NCBI GenBank assembly: GCA_049512075.1
Contig: JBEKXL010000003.1
Span: forward strand, 96,001 to 160,000
Length of the DNA stretch: 64,000 nt
DNA from: Candidatus Bathyarchaeia archaeon
GTDB lineage: Archaea; Thermoproteota; Bathyarchaeia; Bathyarchaeales; Bathycorpusculaceae
Direction of reading: 5' to 3'
Part shown: positions 60,450 to 64,000 of the stretch, one piece after another
How the letters are laid out: each line of letters begins with the position of its first letter
Numbering within the stretch: position 1 is the first letter of the stretch
Notes under the pieces: model-generated
The model's database searches: none
Told to the model about the DNA's origin: nothing
Seen by the model: only the letters and a program-made list of their open reading frames with translations
Translations under genes and position numbers: made by a program

Positions 60450-62102
60450 CTAGGCTTTCATTTGTTCTAGCTTCTGGTTGAAGACTTTTCGAACCAAAGA
60501 CAAGGGTAAGTAGCCGTTGGCAATCAGGGTGTCGTGGAAGAATCTCTCATTGAATTTGCTGCCCATTTTCTCTTTTATCTCACTCTTCAACTGCAGAATC
60601 AAGTGTTTTCCCAGCAAGTACGAAAGCGGGTAAGCTGGCGTCTGCGTGTACCTCCTGACTTCGGCGGTAGCACCTTCCTTTGACATGCCCGTTTCCTCGA
60701 CGAGCATGCGAACAGCATCGTCAAAAGTCATCTCGCCTCTTGACAGCTTAACATCCACGACCATACGAACAGCTCTCCAGATAACGTCGTTGATTTGAAT
60801 AAGCTTGGTTTCGTTATCTGTTATGAAGCCTTTTTCAGCCATCATCTCTTCACAATAGTGAGCCCATCCTTCTGTGGTTTCCACTCCGTTAGGCAATAGG
60901 CGGATTATGCTGTGTCGGTTCGAGACAGCGCCCTGCAGGAAGTGTCCTGGATAAGCCTCGTGCACAGCAGTGTTTCGCACAGACTTGTGGTTCAGGTGGT
61001 TGCCTAGGTTTGCCACGTCTTTAGGCCTTGTGACTATGTAAATTCCTATCTGGGGCTTGTCATACTTTGCAGGCATCATTAGAGCCGCGAAGGGTATGAG
61101 AGGCGCAATGAATGCTGGTGTCTCCCTCACGTACAGCTTGTCTTCAGGATAGACCGTGGCTATGCCTTTCTTCTGCACGAACTCTTTGGCCTCTTCCATG
61201 GTTTTCTCGGTGAACTTCAAAGCTTCCTCGAAGGTTTTCGGAGCGTCCGATTCAATCTTCTTAATCACGTACTCGACTGTCTTTCCAGGTGCTATTTGCT
61301 GTGCAAGCCGTTTTCTCTCAGCCTTCAGCTTCCTAAGATAATCTTCCCCCAGCCTGAGTATCTGTTCAGAGGTCATGCCTAGGTCCCGCAGTCTGATGAG
61401 CTTCTCATACTTCTCCTTGCCCAACGCCCAATTCTCAGTCGTTCTCGGCAGAAGACTGTTAAGCCACTTCAGATGTTTCTCAAGCTCAGGCATGAGTCCC
61501 TCAACCGCTCTGCTCAGCCGGCCATAGGCTTTGTCTGAGATCTGTCCCTTGGCTATCTGCAGCAGGAACTGAAAGAGACCGCCAATACTTTGCGCTGACT
61601 CTAGGGCGACTTCGGTCCAAAGCTTCACCGGGTTGGACTTATCAAACCTGGAGCGGAACTCTTCAAGATACTTCGGAGCCCGTTCCAAGCGGGAGGCTAT
61701 CGCGTCCATCCTCTTCTCCAAAGGTGCATAATCTCTAGTGAGCATCAAAAAGACCAGCCCGCCCAAAATGTCGAAGGCATCAGGGTTGAGCTCATGCAAC
61801 CGATGCTCGTAGAACGAAAACCGCGAGAACTCGTGAACCCTCTCCATCACTTCCCAATCCAGTTTATGCTCATCGTTCAGCTCTCGCCTCTTAACAGTCT
61901 CCTTTAGCCGGTTCAGCCACTGTTCCTCCAGCTCAAGATTCTTCAGCAGTCTCGCTGTCGATCCATCCGGCAGCACGTAATCATAAGGGTCGTGCAACCC
62001 GAGTTCCGTGGCATAATCAGGATTGCACTCAAGAAACTTGTCAATCATTTCTTTCGTTACCTCATCAAACCTCTGATCTGCGCTCAACAATTGCCACCTC
62101 AT
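60450..62102 (-). CDS. DUF885 family protein (zincin-like)
   Basis: HEAYPGH, EGWAHYCE, EVRRY...P...SY..G. Confidence 0.88.
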   Translation of the reverse strand: MRWQLLSADQRFDEVTKEMIDKFLECNPDYATELGLHDPYDYVLPDGSTARLLKNLELEEQWLNRLKETVKRRELNDEHKLDWEVMERVHEFSRFSFYEHRLHELNPDAFDILGGLVFLMLTRDYAPLEKRMDAIASRLERAPKYLEEFRSRFDKSNPVKLWTEVALESAQSIGGLFQFLLQIAKGQISDKAYGRLSRAVEGLMPELEKHLKWLNSLLPRTTENWALGKEKYEKLIRLRDLGMTSEQILRLGEDYLRKLKAERKRLAQQIAPGKTVEYVIKKIESDAPKTFEEALKFTEKTMEEAKEFVQKKGIATVYPEDKLYVRETPAFIAPLIPFAALMMPAKYDKPQIGIYIVTRPKDVANLGNHLNHKSVRNTAVHEAYPGHFLQGAVSNRHSIIRLLPNGVETTEGWAHYCEEMMAEKGFITDNETKLIQINDVIWRAVRMVVDVKLSRGEMTFDDAVRMLVEETGMSKEGATAEVRRYTQTPAYPLSYLLGKHLILQLKSEIKEKMGSKFNERFFHDTLIANGYLPLSLVRKVFNQKLEQMKA

Positions 62103-62418
62103 TCTTGGACAGAACGTGTGCAGAAGAGATAATTAAGGCTTGATAGACGACGAGTGTTAAAATAGCAATCAAGGACTTCTGATACCTGGGTTATGAAATC
62201 CCTCCAACGTGAGAACACGTCGGAAGTAGCGGGCAGCCAAGCTCTTGGAAAGTCACAATTATCTGATTAATGGTTATTGTTAGAAACTCTAGCTAAACTG
62301 GCAAAAACCCACAACCTATGCTAGTCTCGAGCATCACGGGAAGCTGAACCTTACATCACTATTCAGGATTCACAAATCATATCAACTATACCAAGTTATT
62401 CTTAGTTTCTGACTAAGC

Positions 62419-62568
62419 ATGTCGGAAAAGACCTTTCAAACACAGACAACAGCCGAACGAGTGAAATGTAACAAATGTGGAAAAAGGGACGCAACACACG
62501 AAGATCACTTGTGTGACAGCTGCCGTTTCATGCAAACCATGGACAACATCGCAAAGAGCAGAGAGTAA
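62419..62568 (+). CDS. 49-aa zinc-finger micro-protein (not in ORF track)
   Basis: MSEKTF...KCNKCGKRDATHEDHLCDSCRF... Confidence 0.65.
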   Translation: MSEKTFQTQTTAERVKCNKCGKRDATHEDHLCDSCRFMQTMDNIAKSRE

Positions 62569-62627
62569 GAAAATCAGACAAGAATCACTCGAACCCAAAA
62601 CTCAACACGATCGACTCAGGTAGGACT

Positions 62628-63053
62628 CTAGAGAGCTCCAAACCTTCTTCTCAGATTATCCCTAATCACATCTATGCTTGTCTTCTCTTCTTCTGAAGCC
62701 CGATTTCGCATTTCCTCTATCTGCTGCCCGCGCGCTTCTTCCTCGCGATTGTATTCATCAAGGGATGTGTTCGTCCTCTCTATGACCTGCTTAACCCAAT
62801 CCAGCTTGTCCTCAAGGTCGTATTTCGTCGTCACAAGCCGAAGATTATCGCCCACCACAAAGAGCTTCCTATCCCACAGGTGTCTACTCGACTTCCACTC
62901 ACGCTCAAAAATATCCTGCCAAACATGACTGGGCACAGAATCTAGAGGAAGATCAATGACGTAAGCATCAGCAAAATAACGATCTTTGCTTATAGCAATG
63001 GAATCGACATTAATAGGCTCGGAAAGTTTCACCTTACGCAAGTAATCTCTCAT
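62628..63053 (-). CDS. Hypothetical protein
   Basis: MRDYLRK... ORF with a coiled-coil tail. Confidence 0.65.
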   Translation of the reverse strand: MRDYLRKVKLSEPINVDSIAISKDRYFADAYVIDLPLDSVPSHVWQDIFEREWKSSRHLWDRKLFVVGDNLRLVTTKYDLEDKLDWVKQVIERTNTSLDEYNREEEARGQQIEEMRNRASEEEKTSIDVIRDNLRRRFGAL

Positions 63054-63220
63054 ACACAACCTCCAATTCAATCTTACCGCTCCTACTTTAAAAGTCCTGT
63101 GCCACATGTTCACAAATGCAAACACACGCCATCCATGTCGGCGTTCAAATTCCATTTTGAAGATATGTGACGCCTAGAACCATGGCACGCAGAGAAAAAC
63201 AGGTGCTGGTAGACGAATTT

Positions 63221-64000
63221 TCACATCTTCCCTTTAGCCTGTATCGTGCGAAGCGCAGACAGGTAAGCTACGGCGCCGATTACCGTGAAAGGCAGGCTGG
63301 CCAACAGAATGCTAAGGAGAGAAAATGGTTGCACAGGATTTCCCAAGAAGGTGTTTCGCATGGCCTGAGCTGCAAGACTGAGCGGGTTCGCCGAAACAAG
63401 GCTGGTTAAGAACGTTGGCAAGTAGTTTCGGATAATCTCAATGGGGTAATACACTGTGCTAAGAGTTAGCAGCAGTATCTGCACGACTTGTTGATAGGCG
63501 AAGAAATATTCGCCATGAGTCGAAGCCACGGCTGCAAGAGCAGCTGAAATTCCAGCCAGCCCCATTGCTAGAAAAAAAAGAAATGGCAACAAGAGCAGAG
63601 TGTTACCTACAGTCGCCACTGGAAGAACGACCAGGGCTACGAGCAAGAGCGAAGCCGAGTAGACCATCGCAGAAAGCCCACCTGCAAGCAAGTAGGCCAC
63701 AACAATGCCCGGCGTGCTTATGGGCAAAGAGAGATAGTATTGGATTACGCCTTCACGAATAGCTAGCCAGATGCGTCTCCCAGTGTCCAAAGCAGCTACG
63801 AACATCCCCATTACGACAACCGCCGGGACGAAGAATTGGAAGTAGTTAATCTTTGAAATTGGTATTATCTGCTTATACACGAGAGCTACGACAAGCATAT
63901 CTGAAAGATTCAGGCTCAGAAGAACGGCCATCAGCCATTTCGTCCTGAAAAAGTAGGAAAAGTCATTTCGAGCCAGCTGCAAAATGGCAAGAAGCTCCGT
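63221..64000 (-). CDS. ABC-2 type transporter permease (5' end outside the window)
   Basis: YFQFFVP, YYP, NPLS; the frame is open to the window edge. Confidence 0.85.
   Translation of the reverse strand, partial: TELLAILQLARNDFSYFFRTKWLMAVLLSLNLSDMLVVALVYKQIIPISKINYFQFFVPAVVVMGMFVAALDTGRRIWLAIREGVIQYYLSLPISTPGIVVAYLLAGGLSAMVYSASLLLVALVVLPVATVGNTLLLLPFLFFLAMGLAGISAALAAVASTHGEYFFAYQQVVQILLLTLSTVYYPIEIIRNYLPTFLTSLVSANPLSLAAQAMRNTFLGNPVQPFSLLSILLASLPFTVIGAVAYLSALRTIQAKGKM

Overview
Gene-dense archaeal chromosomal segment, most likely Bathyarchaeia. This is inferred from a PEF-CTERM surface protein, a DUF3227/NitrOD5-type domain, a zinc-type ferredoxin, HdrA/MvhD and bacterial-type GrpE-DnaK-DnaJ. 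Left to right: (1) a GltD/NfnB-like, MvhD-like, large HdrA operon running off the left edge, preceded by an RHH-GcvH fusion that lacks the lipoyl lysine and a Pat-type acyl-CoA ligase/GNAT fusion; (2) an AT-rich island of orphan membrane-protein genes followed by a highly structured non-coding element; (3) a patch of small metal-binding and Lrp/AsnC-domain genes; (4) class II ribonucleotide reductase and rubredoxin; (5) a TusA-DsrE-IscS(Lys->Asp)-IscU-TRASH cluster; (6) a two-component locus; (7) an oxidative/heat stress block (SOD, Grx, FTR, Nth, Ldh, GrpE/DnaK/DnaJ); (8) a metal-transport block (MgtA, CDF, ZnuCB); (9) peptidases and transporters. No rRNA, tRNA, CRISPR array or intact transposase was recognised. 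The most striking unexplained signal is a dispersed (TA)GCGCGCGC(TA) palindrome. It is strongly over-represented, mostly intergenic, decays by CpG transitions, sits at several gene-truncation or fusion junctions, and appears to mark local A/C versus G/T skew flips. All calls were made by eye from motifs; no database searches were run.
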